From: Trichoplax sp. H2
Lineage: Eukaryota
NCBI GenBank assembly: GCA_003344405.1
Contig: NOWV01000244.1
Location: 62,001 to 93,142, forward strand
Length of the DNA: 31,142 nt
Direction: 5' to 3'
The stretch's first letter is position 1. The number at the start of each line of letters is the position of its first letter. The position numbers were made by a program, and so were the translations under genes. The notes beneath the pieces were generated by a model that saw only the letters and a program-made list of their open reading frames with translations, did not search any database and was not told the DNA's origin. Shown in pieces: positions 12,379 to 24,685 of this stretch.

Positions 12379-15300
12379 GCAAATCTTTTATAATTATTGC
12401 TATAATTCATTAAATCGAGTTGCATTCCACTGAAGCTAAAATTCTATAAAGTTAATTAAAAGCTGAAGCTGAGCAAAGTTGAACTCTTACGCAAAATCAA
12501 AGAATGAAGAATACATATATCAGTAACTAAGGTGGCAACTCTTTCCAAGAAATACTTACGTGCAAGAAGCAAAATACATATGGTTTCCTGAAAGTGAATT
12601 TTGATTAATGATAAATTATTTATAGAAAATCAAAGAGTATTATTAATAGCGATGATTTAGCAAGATTAGATTTCTTTCTTTTTCTTAATTCTAAAGTCTG
12701 ATAAATAAGCTTTTCATTAGTTATATTTGAACTTTTATTTCAGTAATATACTGTACGCGAACACAGAAGTGAAGTCCTTACTTAAGAAAACAGTAACTAA
12801 GAATGAATTTTCTCATATAGCAATAATCTTCTCCCTTGCTAAAGCACTATTCCTTTTAATTATTTGTACAATAAATAATCATGATGGATTAATAATTCAG
12901 GCGTGATCAAATTAAATCATCAAAGCTAAAGAAGAGAATGGCACCTTAGAGGAATATAATATCCTGATATTTATTGATGAGCATGGTTGAAGAATCAGAA
13001 CCATAATGGTGTATTGCAAAATTTTCGTTCATTATTATTTCTCACTAATAACTACGAGACCAGAATCGTCTATTATCACCATAGAGATTCTTTTATATAA
13101 ATTCTAAACGCACGTGTGTATTTTTCCTAAATAGACATCATATATTGTACCATACAAGTAGAAAATTCTACGAGTTATTATAGTATAAATTATTGGGCTG
13201 CTACAGGTAAAGCACTATAACAAATTGTAAGTGAAAAGAATGTTTTAGTATAATTAATTACGAGTAAGGCATTTTCTGTATTAGATATTTAAAATTATTG
13301 ATGAGCAGCTAGAGTAGAGTAAAGAGCACCAAAATAAACTGCATACATTAATAATAATTTAACCATCTTTCACAGTTACTTCAACTTTATGAATTCTGTA
13401 GTATCCAGTACAGTAGAAATAAAATATCAAGTGTTAATTTAACTTTAAATTTTTATCGTCAATATTATAAATTTCTGTCTTGTATATATCTAAATGAATG
13501 ATATCAAATTAATAAAATATCAAAGGTGTTCGTATGATATAAAAAAAGAAACTGTAAATGTAATTCTGAAGACTCTCATGGCCAAAACTATGTTATAGCC
13601 ATACTGACTTTGAATAATTAAGCTTTGTATAACCGTATTTAGACTTTATTAAAATTTAATCCCGAGTTCAAGCCACGTCAATATCTTGGATTCTACAGTG
13701 CGGAATGGATACGAAAACTTATGGGGCAGTTCATACATGGGGCTCTTAGATATCGTACTTTTTATACTTATTGTAAGGCTTATAAACTTGAAATATCAGC
13801 AGTCTTTCTAGCCAATGATCATTGTGAAAATATTAGTGCATCTCCTGCAATTGTTAATAAATTTATCCAAATACCAAACGCACTAAATAGAGCTTTGCTT
13901 ACGAGTTATTTAAAGCTAATAAATCAATATATCCCAATATTCTACCATTCTATGAAGAGAATTATGACTAGTCAATGTATGTTTGATGCTTCTTCCTTAC
14001 TAGAATATCATAACTGAATGAAAGAATATAATTTTCCTGAACTAATCGTATTATTGCCATAGGACAATACCTTAACAGCATATTATACTTGTGCTGATTG
14101 CCAAGAAACGTTTAAAAATTAATATAGAGAAATTAATTTTTTGGCATAAATGATCTCGTCTTGCTAGAGTTGAATAACATTTTTTGAAGGAGCGAAATTA
14201 TCATTAATTATCAGTACGTAATCAAGATCTTTCTGTAACAGAAGCTTCGGTAAAATTGCATGAGTTACTGAGTGCTGCTGATTTACTGTAATAGAAGAGA
14301 TGGATATTGGCTGTCGATCTAATAACTAAATGACTGAGATTTATAAAGTAAATTTTTATTTACATTTGACATTAAAAAGTCCGTTTAAATTACATAGAAG
14401 CTATGTTAGCGAAGCTTAATCAAAACCAGTTACCCACGGCAACTCCATTACGTCGAGATTAGTATGACAGTGAAGGCTCCATTGATGAGCCAAAGTTTCT
14501 TAAATTTAAATTGAGACAGTTGTTCCTTTAAATGAGAAGCACATCATGGCTATTAATGTGTAGTTCTCTCGAAAACTGAAGCTTAGGAATGTTTCGCTTT
14601 GAATTATAGTAGAGAATATGTTTTGTAAATCGAAATTGCTCGTAAGAACAAAGGGTTATTTTAGCATTATTCCATATTTCATTCTTGGAAGATCATCTTG
14701 AAGGATAAGCTCTTGAAATTTGCACTAATCCTCTACTAATATTCTAGTAGCACAAAGTGATAGAAAATCACAACCGGAGATTAATGGGAACGTCTAACTA
14801 GCAAGTTAGTTTAAATTTACTGACAAAGACAAAGCCAAAGTGTTCAGTAATATAATGGATGATTTATTTAGAATACCTCAAAGTGCTATAGATAATCGAT
14901 TAATAAGCCACTAAAGTAAATTTCAGGAGGTTATTTTTGGAATCTGAATTTTTAATTCGTGCTACAATAATTATAATTAGAAATTGGTATCGGCAAATAA
15001 TACAATATTGAAGTTTAGGCGATGTAATACTGAATATAAGAAAGTCATTAGAATTGGTCATTTAAGCTATATCGATTCTATTAAGATATCATTGGTGGCT
15101 AGAAATTATTGAGTGGAAACATCGTAACGCTTTTTTAATATTAAAGGGTTTGATTATTGTACAGAGGGCTTCCTAAAATTGAACAACCATTTCTACTGTA
15201 GATATGCTTGATTTGTTATTTGCTCATATATGGCCTTTTTTTTCTTACATTCTAATATACCATTTCCAGGCATTGTGAATCCCATATTGTTGAGTTCTCA

Positions 15301-18300
15301 GCTAAACTGATCTCGAGATTGTCTTTTTTTATTTGGTTCGGTATTAGTGAAATTTAAGCAGCTTCACTTCAAAATATATCTACAAGGCTACTGCAAGAAT
15401 AAGAAAGACACGTGAATTAATTTGGTGGAGTTATTGTGATGTAAGCATAAGAAAATTTTTAAATTCCTTAGGCTTTGCCGTGATTAGCTGCTTATTTAAA
15501 AATTATTCTTAGTCAATTAACATGTAAATTTCGTGATAATTAATATAATTACCAGTATTGACAGTGATAACATCTATAAAAACTATTATTACTGAAAGTA
15601 AAAATTATTAATTAACCAAAGTAAATAGTAACATAAATCATAACTACTATCTCCAATCTAAAGCTAAATCTAGCGAAGTACTTGATTACATTGCAGATTT
15701 ATCTATTGATAACAACTTTTCTCCATATTAAGATTTTTAACAAGGCTAAAATCCAATTGCAACATGATACATTTTTAAAGATGACTTTTATGTATTATGT
15801 TATATGTACACCATAAATAGCAATAAATTTATTGACAACATTCCGAATATTTAACATGGGCAAGTTATATGAAACCTCAAATTTTATCTATTTTACTAGT
15901 AATAACAACTATTACTTCAACAAAACTGTGTCTAATACCTTTAAAGTAACTAACAATATCAGCTACCGAACTTTCATGTTATATTTAGGATGAAAGGTAT
16001 ACAGGTGTATTTCCTTAATAGAAAATTAATTACTGGCATTCCTTTTCATTGTTATCTTATTTGAATTTCATGCTCACGTATATTTTAAAATAACAAGGCT
16101 AAGATATTGTTTAGTTCTTGCTTACGTGCAATCTACAATCTATCGATTTCATTATATGGCTCTTAGAGTCATATTTTCAAAGTCAATAGCTGTTGGACAA
16201 TGATAATTTCATTATTGCGAACAGGTATAAAGTGATTGATTTATCTACAATGTGTAGAATAAAATATTTTTCATACTATAGATTACCGTATTATATCATC
16301 AACTTAAACCTTGATACTTTAACTAGTGTGGAAAATAATACTTGAAACTTTTCACGTGAACATCTATATTGTAACTAGGCTAGAGATTAAGGCTGCCTGA
16401 TGCTGTTCCTGATAATCCTTGTCGATATATCGGATCTAGTAAGGTATTTCTAGCGATGCAGTTTTTGCTACCGGCGGAAATTTAAGTTCTTTGAAGAGAT
16501 ACCGCACCGTAAGTAGTAAAATACGTGAACATATTGATAATTTACTTTCTTATTCAAAGCCCGCTACGGAAAATTTTCAATGTCTGGTATTTTAAGTGCA
16601 ATTGCTGCAGTTATCCTTTTCTATAAGTAGTTACTGCAAATTTAAAATTGTAAAAAAGAAGGTTAGTTGTCACTCTCTTGATTCGATAACTAAGGGCTAC
16701 TATTGAGTACTTAATACTACAGTATTATACAGAGAAATTAATACTAATAAGTTTATGTCAGCATGCTTTAACAAAGGACATCGCACTTATAGTCTGTTGA
16801 ATCATGGCTTTAGAAATTTAATACTTTATAGATATCTTGACAAAAAAGAATCTAAATTTTGCTATTAGTTAGCAAAATTTATAGAGTCAGTATTCTCTTT
16901 GATAAATATGTCTAAATTTAGATCCCTTTGTTAATAATCCTTTATAATTACAAGGTCATTTTTAATAATTACTAGTGCAAACTCCCGTCGCTTTGCTGAC
17001 GATAGGAATGCTTTGATGGATAAAAAAAGTAAAGGAAGAAATTATTACGTACCCATTGTAGATATGCTTTCAGTAATTAATCATAAAAGATCTTAATCTC
17101 TGAAAGGCAACGTAACGACAGCTATATTTTCTGTTTCAAACCTGGAAATGAATTTTATTGATATGGAGGCTAAGATTTTGCTGTTTATAGAATTGGCAGC
17201 AAAATTTTTAGCAGGATTGAACACTCAAAGATATTTACTCGTTACTATGTCATCATGTTTATTTATGAAGACTTACCTCGCCTATTTGTTTGTATTCGAG
17301 GGTTCTGACATTAATGTTAATTGGACGTCGATGGTTACCTTTGACAATGTAAGCATTTTAATCTATCGCACTATACGTGTTTTATTCTAAATAAACTTCA
17401 ACTTGAATGACTGATGTACGATATTGCGATATTGTAGGTAAAGCTTTTCTTTTAGCAATTAAACAAATCAGAAATTAGTATGCTTGAAAATAAAATCAAG
17501 ACTATTTCTAATCGGTTTATATATATATGAAGTAGCCTAATGAAAGCCGATAGTAATAATGTATCCGTTTAGGCTATTTTATTTCGGAGTGATTCTAATG
17601 AGGACGATTTTATTACTGATTGTCAACTATATTTCGTGTGCTAGAGTTTAATAATGCCTATATACGGCTTGTATTTTCTATAGAAGCTTTAAAGGTCAGT
17701 ATATGCACCAGCAAGACGAAAATATAATTTGGGTAAGGACAGTTTTTGATTGACCATATCGAATGGAGGATTATTAAGTGAAAACTGGAAACTATGGATA
17801 TCTAATATCAATATGTAAATTATTTTGTATCGTATTCTTAGTATCGATATGATAATGTGAAAAATAGCGTTAGTCTTATTAATATTAAGCAAATTTATTA
17901 CGTCAATAAATATTGATAGCTTGTGCTTTTGTTTCCGGTATGTAGGTTTAGTAATCGAAATACTGGAATAAAAATGGCATTACACACGTTAAATGAAATA
18001 GTTTTTTTACTAATGCGCTTGTATATATATATACCTTGTCTATAGTTTTGCAATACCTAATATGGTTTGAAGTTTTTCCTGTTAATTTTGATTCGACTAA
18101 ATATATAGATGACAGATTCCAGTAAATAAGTTCTTATCACTCCATGTTTAAGACTATACACTGTATAGTATACAGTACCGTATCTATCTATCTTTGGTGT
18201 TTTTACATGGTATAATTGTGACTTAACATTTGCCAATACTCTGAATTTAACGCATTGAATGTCTAAACGATCAGGTGGTTGATACCCACATGGTGATATA

Positions 18301-21300
18301 TAGTATTTGAACTAAACTAATAAAAATTGTAGGCTGAAAAAGTATGTACTTATTTTATTCTCGCGGTTTTCATATTGTTACCTAAGATAGATAATAAGTT
18401 TCAATCGAATTTTACCGTATGAGTTAGAACAGTGTTGGTATTTGTATCAACATAAATATAGAAAAAATGCACATGTATTAAAATACGATAGCGTTAAAAT
18501 TGGGCCATAAAAATTCACAGTGGCAATTTTAACTTTTAATTCGAGTGTATCATCACGTTTTCACTATCCTGTTTAGTTTAATTTCAGGTAAAATAAGTAT
18601 TTAAAAGATATCAAGTAATAATATCGATTGAAATAATAAGGATACTGTTCTCGATCAAGTTATTGTTTCACATATGGCTATATGTATGAAAGGTATCTTA
18701 GCAGCACTCTTTCTCAGTAGATATACAAATTTATGACCTTATGTATTTGTTATAATATTGCCTGAGAATACTGAATGACTAATTTCAACTTTGTTCAAAA
18801 AAATAATTACGTTTCCAGGCAGTGGTATACCAATGACATTGGAAAAGGGTTCTATTGCATTATCCTAGGTTTTAGAAGCAACAGAACGTTATTGAACAGA
18901 ACTAGCTTTGTTTTAGCTTCACTGTTTCCGTTGTGCAAGCTACGTATTTGCTGCTGGTCAATGTCTGATGTTAAGATCATTATGCACGTATTTAGCCGAT
19001 GGCGGTTAACTGTCTACACGTTGAACTGTTGCTTGTTACAATAACGCTGGAATTAGCGGCTATTCTGATCTCATTTGCCAACAGCATGCGATGTACTTGT
19101 CCCTTTTATGAATCTGATCCCTAATAGCGAACACTGTGCTGTATATGAGTCTTATAAAATTTTACACCAATCTACTAACGAAAGCGATAACGTTAGTTTT
19201 CGTACCATATCCATTACTTTTGATTAAAGATTTCCAAACTGTGTTGCTGTACTAACCTATACTCATTGATCTATTTTATGAGCTTAGTTGTATTTAAAAC
19301 ATAAAAAATTCACGTTTGTATGTATTCGTTCCTGGAGCAACATGGAGACCGCATTGTTGTATACTTACATTGACAGTAATGTCAGTGCTACAATAGTTCA
19401 TTGATCGCCGCATAAATAATCATATTAGTAGATCCTTTTGGAGTAATTGGATGTTTACGGCAGATTAATTATTGATAATTTTTAGGAAATTTTTATACGT
19501 AAGTATTCTTTCTTTTTGCATGCTACGTGCATATGATTTGTTATGCTTAAGTGAACAGCGAATTAGATTGTCGCAACTGAGACTATTTACGACTACAAAA
19601 GTGAATTGAAAATTCCATTTATAATTACATTAGACAGGGTACAAGGAAGATTTCTGCCTAGGGTCTATTCGGTATTGTTCAATATCCTCTCGGTAATATT
19701 ATTACAGTCATTGACTTTATGTCGATATTATACTTTCTAGACAGTATTGTGCTAGGCTTGCAGTTGCAAGCATTGGATGCGTACTGGATAATTATTCCTT
19801 TCCTAAAAGTAAGCTTCTTCCATACACAGTCGGTTTAGTAAGGGAGGGTGTGGGGGGAAAATCATTGCTTGCATATGAGTTCTACGCGTACAGTAAAAAT
19901 TCTAGAATGTCTATCTATTATTACATTCGTGAAGAGGGGTAATACTGTGAAATTCTCTATTTTTCACAAACTATCTAGGTTTTACGTCCAATGTATACAG
20001 ATTTGATTGCTATTGAGGTTAAGAATGATCAAATAGAAAATGTTATAGTGTTGCTATTAAAAATTGATCATTTTGTTTACGTCAAATGGAATATTGATCG
20101 ATTTAATAGCCAAATGTAATGAAATAATTCCAATCAACTTTAGGGAGTTTGGGATTTCACAGATTTGATCTCTTCCATACAATACAATCCTACTGTATTT
20201 CGTAGAAATAAATAGGATTTGCCCTGTAATAAAGCAACGTGATTACAAATTTGTAATATTTATTAATTAATGTAGGAGTTAAGGGAAATTTTCCATCGAT
20301 TGTGTTTCACTTCAAACTAATTGTTACGGAAGTATTGTATATTATTCTATTGGGATTACTTGTTATTGACCATATTTTTGACTTTCAATTGCTCGAAAAT
20401 CTAGACCTGGCGTCAACAGTGGCCATCATGGCTGTAATCATAAAGAGTAGTTACTTTCTTGTTTGATGACGTACCTTAGCACCATTTATTCGACGAAATT
20501 AACAAAAGTAGGCCATGTTACTTTCTTCATAATTAATTATTCATATTGGAAGGGAGTGATTAATTAATACGAGTAGAAGACAAGCACATTAGGTCAACAA
20601 GATTTTGTTGACAAAAGCTTATCGCTCTATCATCTATACGAGTACATCATGAATTCATAAATAGAAGAATCTCCTATTGAACGGGGATGAATAGCAATAA
20701 ATAAAAAAAATTGAAAAAATATTTTTATCATTGCATTCTCTAGGATTTACTGAGCATCTTAATCTAGTCAATTCATTACACTACTGTAAGCACATTATAC
20801 TTTAATGATTTATACCAGTTCAAGAAAATGAATTTATGATTAATCATGTTGAATAACTTAAAATGGTGCACTTTCAAAATTTTCTAGTATCATGAAGAAC
20901 AAAAAAGTATGACTAACTTTAGATAATATACAGCAACGACTAAAACAACAATAATAATCTAATTATGAAGTCAAAGCAATACGATTGATTCCATTCTATA
21001 AATACAGTTGGGATATTTTGGTAGTTGGTTGATGAATGTGAACAATATTTTATGCAATTTCTTATATCTTGGACATAATCTTAACCATACGACAATAACT
21101 GAAAAAAGAAATTAATTTCAAAGCCTTGCTTTCCAACAGACAAATATGTAGAATTTTAGGACGATACCTTTCGTTGAGATTGATATTTAATCCATATTAC
21201 GTATAACGAAAGTGATTTTATAGAGATGTGATATGATACATTATGCGATTATAACCAACATGAGAGAGTTGTTGACATACCCTATACAGTAATTGTAATT

Positions 21301-22197
21301 AGTTTTACGTTGTCCTTTACACTACCAATGGAATTATCAATATGTAGACATCAATTTGACATAGGATCCAAAATATTATGTGGAATATTTCAGAAAAAGA
21401 TTAATTATCATCTGACATGCAAATGTTTAAAATAAAAACAAAGGCATTTGTTTGTTCAAAATGAGAATGATCTTACTAGCAGTATTTTTAAAGCCATGTT
21501 TTCTAATTGAAGACGTCCTATGCCTCCTTGCAAATTACCATCTAACCAATGAAAAGTTGTCTTTTCTACCTAAAAGATAGGCTGACTAGTTGTCGTTTTC
21601 TTTTGGATATTATTCTTTAACGTTTACTTCGTCGTTCGTGATTGCATAGCCAATCTTGAAATGTTGTAAAATAGGGGTATGTACGGTTGCTGTATACGCC
21701 AATGGCACATAGATTGCTTAGTCATTGAATTGGTCGAATCCAAATTTTCGAACGCTGTTTTGCGAGTATCGGACTATGCTGTAATAGTCCGAAAGGAAAT
21801 GGTAATGATGTAGTCGATTGGATATCATTACAGTGGATAGATCCACAGCATAGAAAGAAAGGGAATGAAATGTAAGGTATAAAAAAAAGTGGATCAAGAT
21901 TGCGATGCAAGATGATAGGCGATTTTCAAGCAGTTCGATTGACATACTGATACAGCATCGATACATTAAGGCGATTTTGAGACTTTAGGTATGGAAATGA
22001 AGTTGGTGACGCATGGATTGGAAGGTAAAGCAAATTTTCATTTCAACTCAGTTGGCCATCATTTATCGTTTCAACACTGTCCTGATACATGTAGTGGATG
22101 TGTTTATCACTGATAAGTATTGGAATACGGATTGGCAGTAGTGGCATCTAGAAAGTAATGAGCAAATCAAGACAGAGATTGATTAATGTTGACTAGG

Positions 22198-23346
22198 TTA
22201 TGTAATGCTCTTTTTGTTGATTGTGACTGACATGTTAAGGTTCAAATCAGAATAACGTCGAAGTGTACTATCGAGTGTTATACAATGCTCACGTTTGATA
22301 TCACCAAAACGGAAATATTTTAAAACATGGCTTCGCAGATCGGCAGTAAAGAATACGTAAATAAGCGGGCAAACCGCTGGATAGGAAAAGGCGAAATATT
22401 GACTGATGCGTACAACGGTAGCTTGTAAATGTGTAATACGAGTGGATAAATAGAGGGATAGGAAGGTGATTACATAAGGCATCCAAAAGAGAATAAATAC
22501 ACCAACAATGATGGCCATACTTCGTAATGCTTTAATATTGCGTATGATGGCATGCGTTGGGGTGGACGAAGAGCCATTCTGAAAGTATTGCTGGCGCCGC
22601 GTGTGATCATTGACAATAATTAAGATACGTCCATAGACAAAAACTAATACTATAAGGGGAATAAAAAATAATACAGTAAATAATAATATTAAATAGACAC
22701 GATGTTCGACAACGTCAGTTGGTCTTAACTGGACACATCGATGGCTAGAAAATTTCAAAAATGAGACTAAGGGTATAAAAATAGCCAAAATGGGCAAGAA
22801 CCATACGATAGCAATGAAGATCGCCGCTAGTCGTGGAGTAGCACGACGATTGTAACTAAATGGATGCGTTACTGAAACATAACGATCGAAACTGACTAAA
22901 CAAATGTGAGAATTTAAAATTAAAATAAACAAGATTCCGTTCATGGGAAGTAGTGTACAAGCAGCAGCATTTCGGCGCAAGTTGAGAATTTCATACAATG
23001 CCCATCGTGGCATTAAATAAGTGAGCGAATAACAAATTGCTGCCACCGCCATACTTGCAATCATCGCATTGGAGACATGATGCAACGAACGATGCAGTGC
23101 AATGAGTAGAATTAACAGGCCATTGGTAGTGATGGTTAAAGCAGAAATAATGGAATAAGTGATTAATTTTTCCACAATGGCCGGTGGTATCGTGGCGGCG
23201 ATCGTTGGCGTTGCATTTAGCGTGTTATTGCAAGTTGTCACCATGTTGGCCATACTGTGATTGCTTGTTGATGGAAGATGGGTATCATTGGACCAAGAAG
23301 AAATGGTAGTATTGCTATTCCAATTATTCATCCTGTCGTCATGCAT
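22198..23346 (-). CDS. Rhodopsin-like (class A) orphan GPCR (aminergic/adenosine-like scaffold without D3.32), intronless
   Basis: The ORF-track start at 23349 is TTG; the first ATG is at 23346. Ser/Thr-rich N-terminus with several N-glycosylation sequons (NTT, NDT, NHS, NNT, NAT), TN (TM1), C3.25, SFDRY, HPFSY (ICL2), W4.50, FFIP...Y (TM5), FWMPY (TM6), SYPAVCPLIY (TM7). Confidence 0.95.
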   Translation of the reverse strand: MHDDRMNNWNSNTTISSWSNDTHLPSTSNHSMANMVTTCNNTLNATPTIAATIPPAIVEKLITYSIISALTITTNGLLILLIALHRSLHHVSNAMIASMAVAAICYSLTYLMPRWALYEILNLRRNAAACTLLPMNGILFILILNSHICLVSFDRYVSVTHPFSYNRRATPRLAAIFIAIVWFLPILAIFIPLVSFLKFSSHRCVQLRPTDVVEHRVYLILLFTVLFFIPLIVLVFVYGRILIIVNDHTRRQQYFQNGSSSTPTHAIIRNIKALRSMAIIVGVFILFWMPYVITFLSLYLSTRITHLQATVVRISQYFAFSYPAVCPLIYVFFTADLRSHVLKYFRFGDIKREHCITLDSTLRRYSDLNLNMSVTINKKSIT

Positions 23347-23424
23347 CAACGTTATCCAGTGGAGATTGAATGGAGATTTTCAACCGGCACCCAAGGTTGA
23401 ACAAGAAGCCAAATTTGAAATGAT

Positions 23425-23441
23425 AAGAAGAAGAAGAAGAA
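23425..23441. repeat. (AAG)5 microsatellite upstream of the minus-strand GPCR start codon
   Basis: aagaagaagaagaagaa is visible about 80 nt upstream of the ATG on the minus strand. Confidence 0.75.
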
Positions 23442-23893
23442 ATTGCACTCTACATCAATAATATGCAGAATCGCTTATTTACATATTGCAATCGATGCTT
23501 ATCTAGTCAACAATGTTGTCAAGCATTACAAATGGATCAGCAAACAGTATCAAGGATGGCCCACTTATCATGTATCATGCATGACTGATGGCTTAATGGT
23601 TGGAATTAGAATGGAATTGCACCCATCCAACACGGCCAATTAAAAGGACAAACCCGATTGCAAGCAAACTCGACAAGAATAACAACAGATTTGATTAAGC
23701 TGCAATCGACGATTGGATTAGCGATAGTTGGCCCCCCCAAAAAATTTCTACCTCCGATCAGCCGACGATGAAGATGGGCGGGTTCGATTAGACTATGACC
23801 AATGGGCGGTTGAGGTTGGCTTTGAATGAGTGTCGTGCGTCTTGATCGATCGTGTTTCCACGCGAAGTGGTATCGCACCGGCATTGAAGCGAT

Positions 23894-24571
23894 ATTGTCC
23901 TGTCAGTCGACCTGAGACCGGTTGGGTCCGGGCCGAGTTGGATCGGTCGTCTCAGCTACAGTACACAGTACCCTAGCACGGTAGACTCTACAGTGTACAG
24001 TACTGTCATGACTGCAGTCAGGTTTTGGCAGCCAACATACCGATACTGTGCGTATCGGTACGCGCTGGACTGACTACAGTCTCTGTCGACATGCAGGTTT
24101 GCTGTACTGTACACTGTACACTGTACGCGGTAGTGTCCACAGTGTCCAGGACCAACGCCAGTCAGTCTACAGTACATACTAGCCGTACAGTGTACAGTCT
24201 ACAGTATCCGCCATGAACGACAGTACCGTACTGTAGAGGAAATTGTCCTGGAGCAATGTCGGTCGACCTGAGACCGATTAGGTCCAGGCCGAGTCGGATC
24301 GGTCGTCTGGACTACAGTACACAGTACTGTAGCCTAGCACGGTAGACTCTGTACTGTACAGTACTGTACTGTCCGTTTGGCAGCCAACATACCGGTCCGT
24401 ATCGGTACGCGCTAGACTGAGCACAGTCGCTGTCGACATCCAGGTTTGCTGTACTGTACTGTACTGTACTGTCCTGTACCAACGCCAGTCAGTCTACTGT
24501 ACTGTACTGTACAGTACTAGCCGTACAGTGTACAGTCTACAGTACACCACCGCACTGTAGTGGAAATGGCC
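23894..24571. repeat. Diverged tandem dimer of a ~348-bp GC-richer, palindrome-rich element (copy 1 ~23894-24241, copy 2 ~24242-24571)
   Basis: Both copies share collinear blocks: attgtcctg, gtcgacctgagaccg, ggatcggtcgtct, cctagcacggtagactct, tttggcagccaacataccg, cgtatcggtacgcgct, ctgtcgacat, accaacgccagtcagtctac, tactagccgtacagtgtacagtctacagta. Copy 2 has expanded (GTACT)n runs. Confidence 0.9.
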
Positions 24572-24685
24572 ACTCCTATCCAATGCACCTGTCACTTCAA
24601 TCATTCACGTCACAAAGTCGAGTGACGCATGTCCAAATGGACTGCGGTTAGACCTGAGAAAGGTTCGGTGCGGTTCCAAACCGTG

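Noticed and set aside
13661..13676. B-box-like GAGTTCAAGCC (tRNA or SINE)
   Set aside because: No A box at suitable spacing and no cloverleaf.
5740..18320. Weak inverted similarity between ~5740-5810 and ~18240-18320 (gtgggtat core)
   Set aside because: Identity is too patchy to support by eye and would need a computed alignment.
4100..21966. Scattered 60-98 aa ORFs (4100, 4414, 7847, 10602, 11091, 11415, 13721, 17148, 17689, 18775, 21718, 21722)
   Set aside because: No recognisable domains, several non-ATG starts, and some are shadows of the GPCR. This is consistent with chance.
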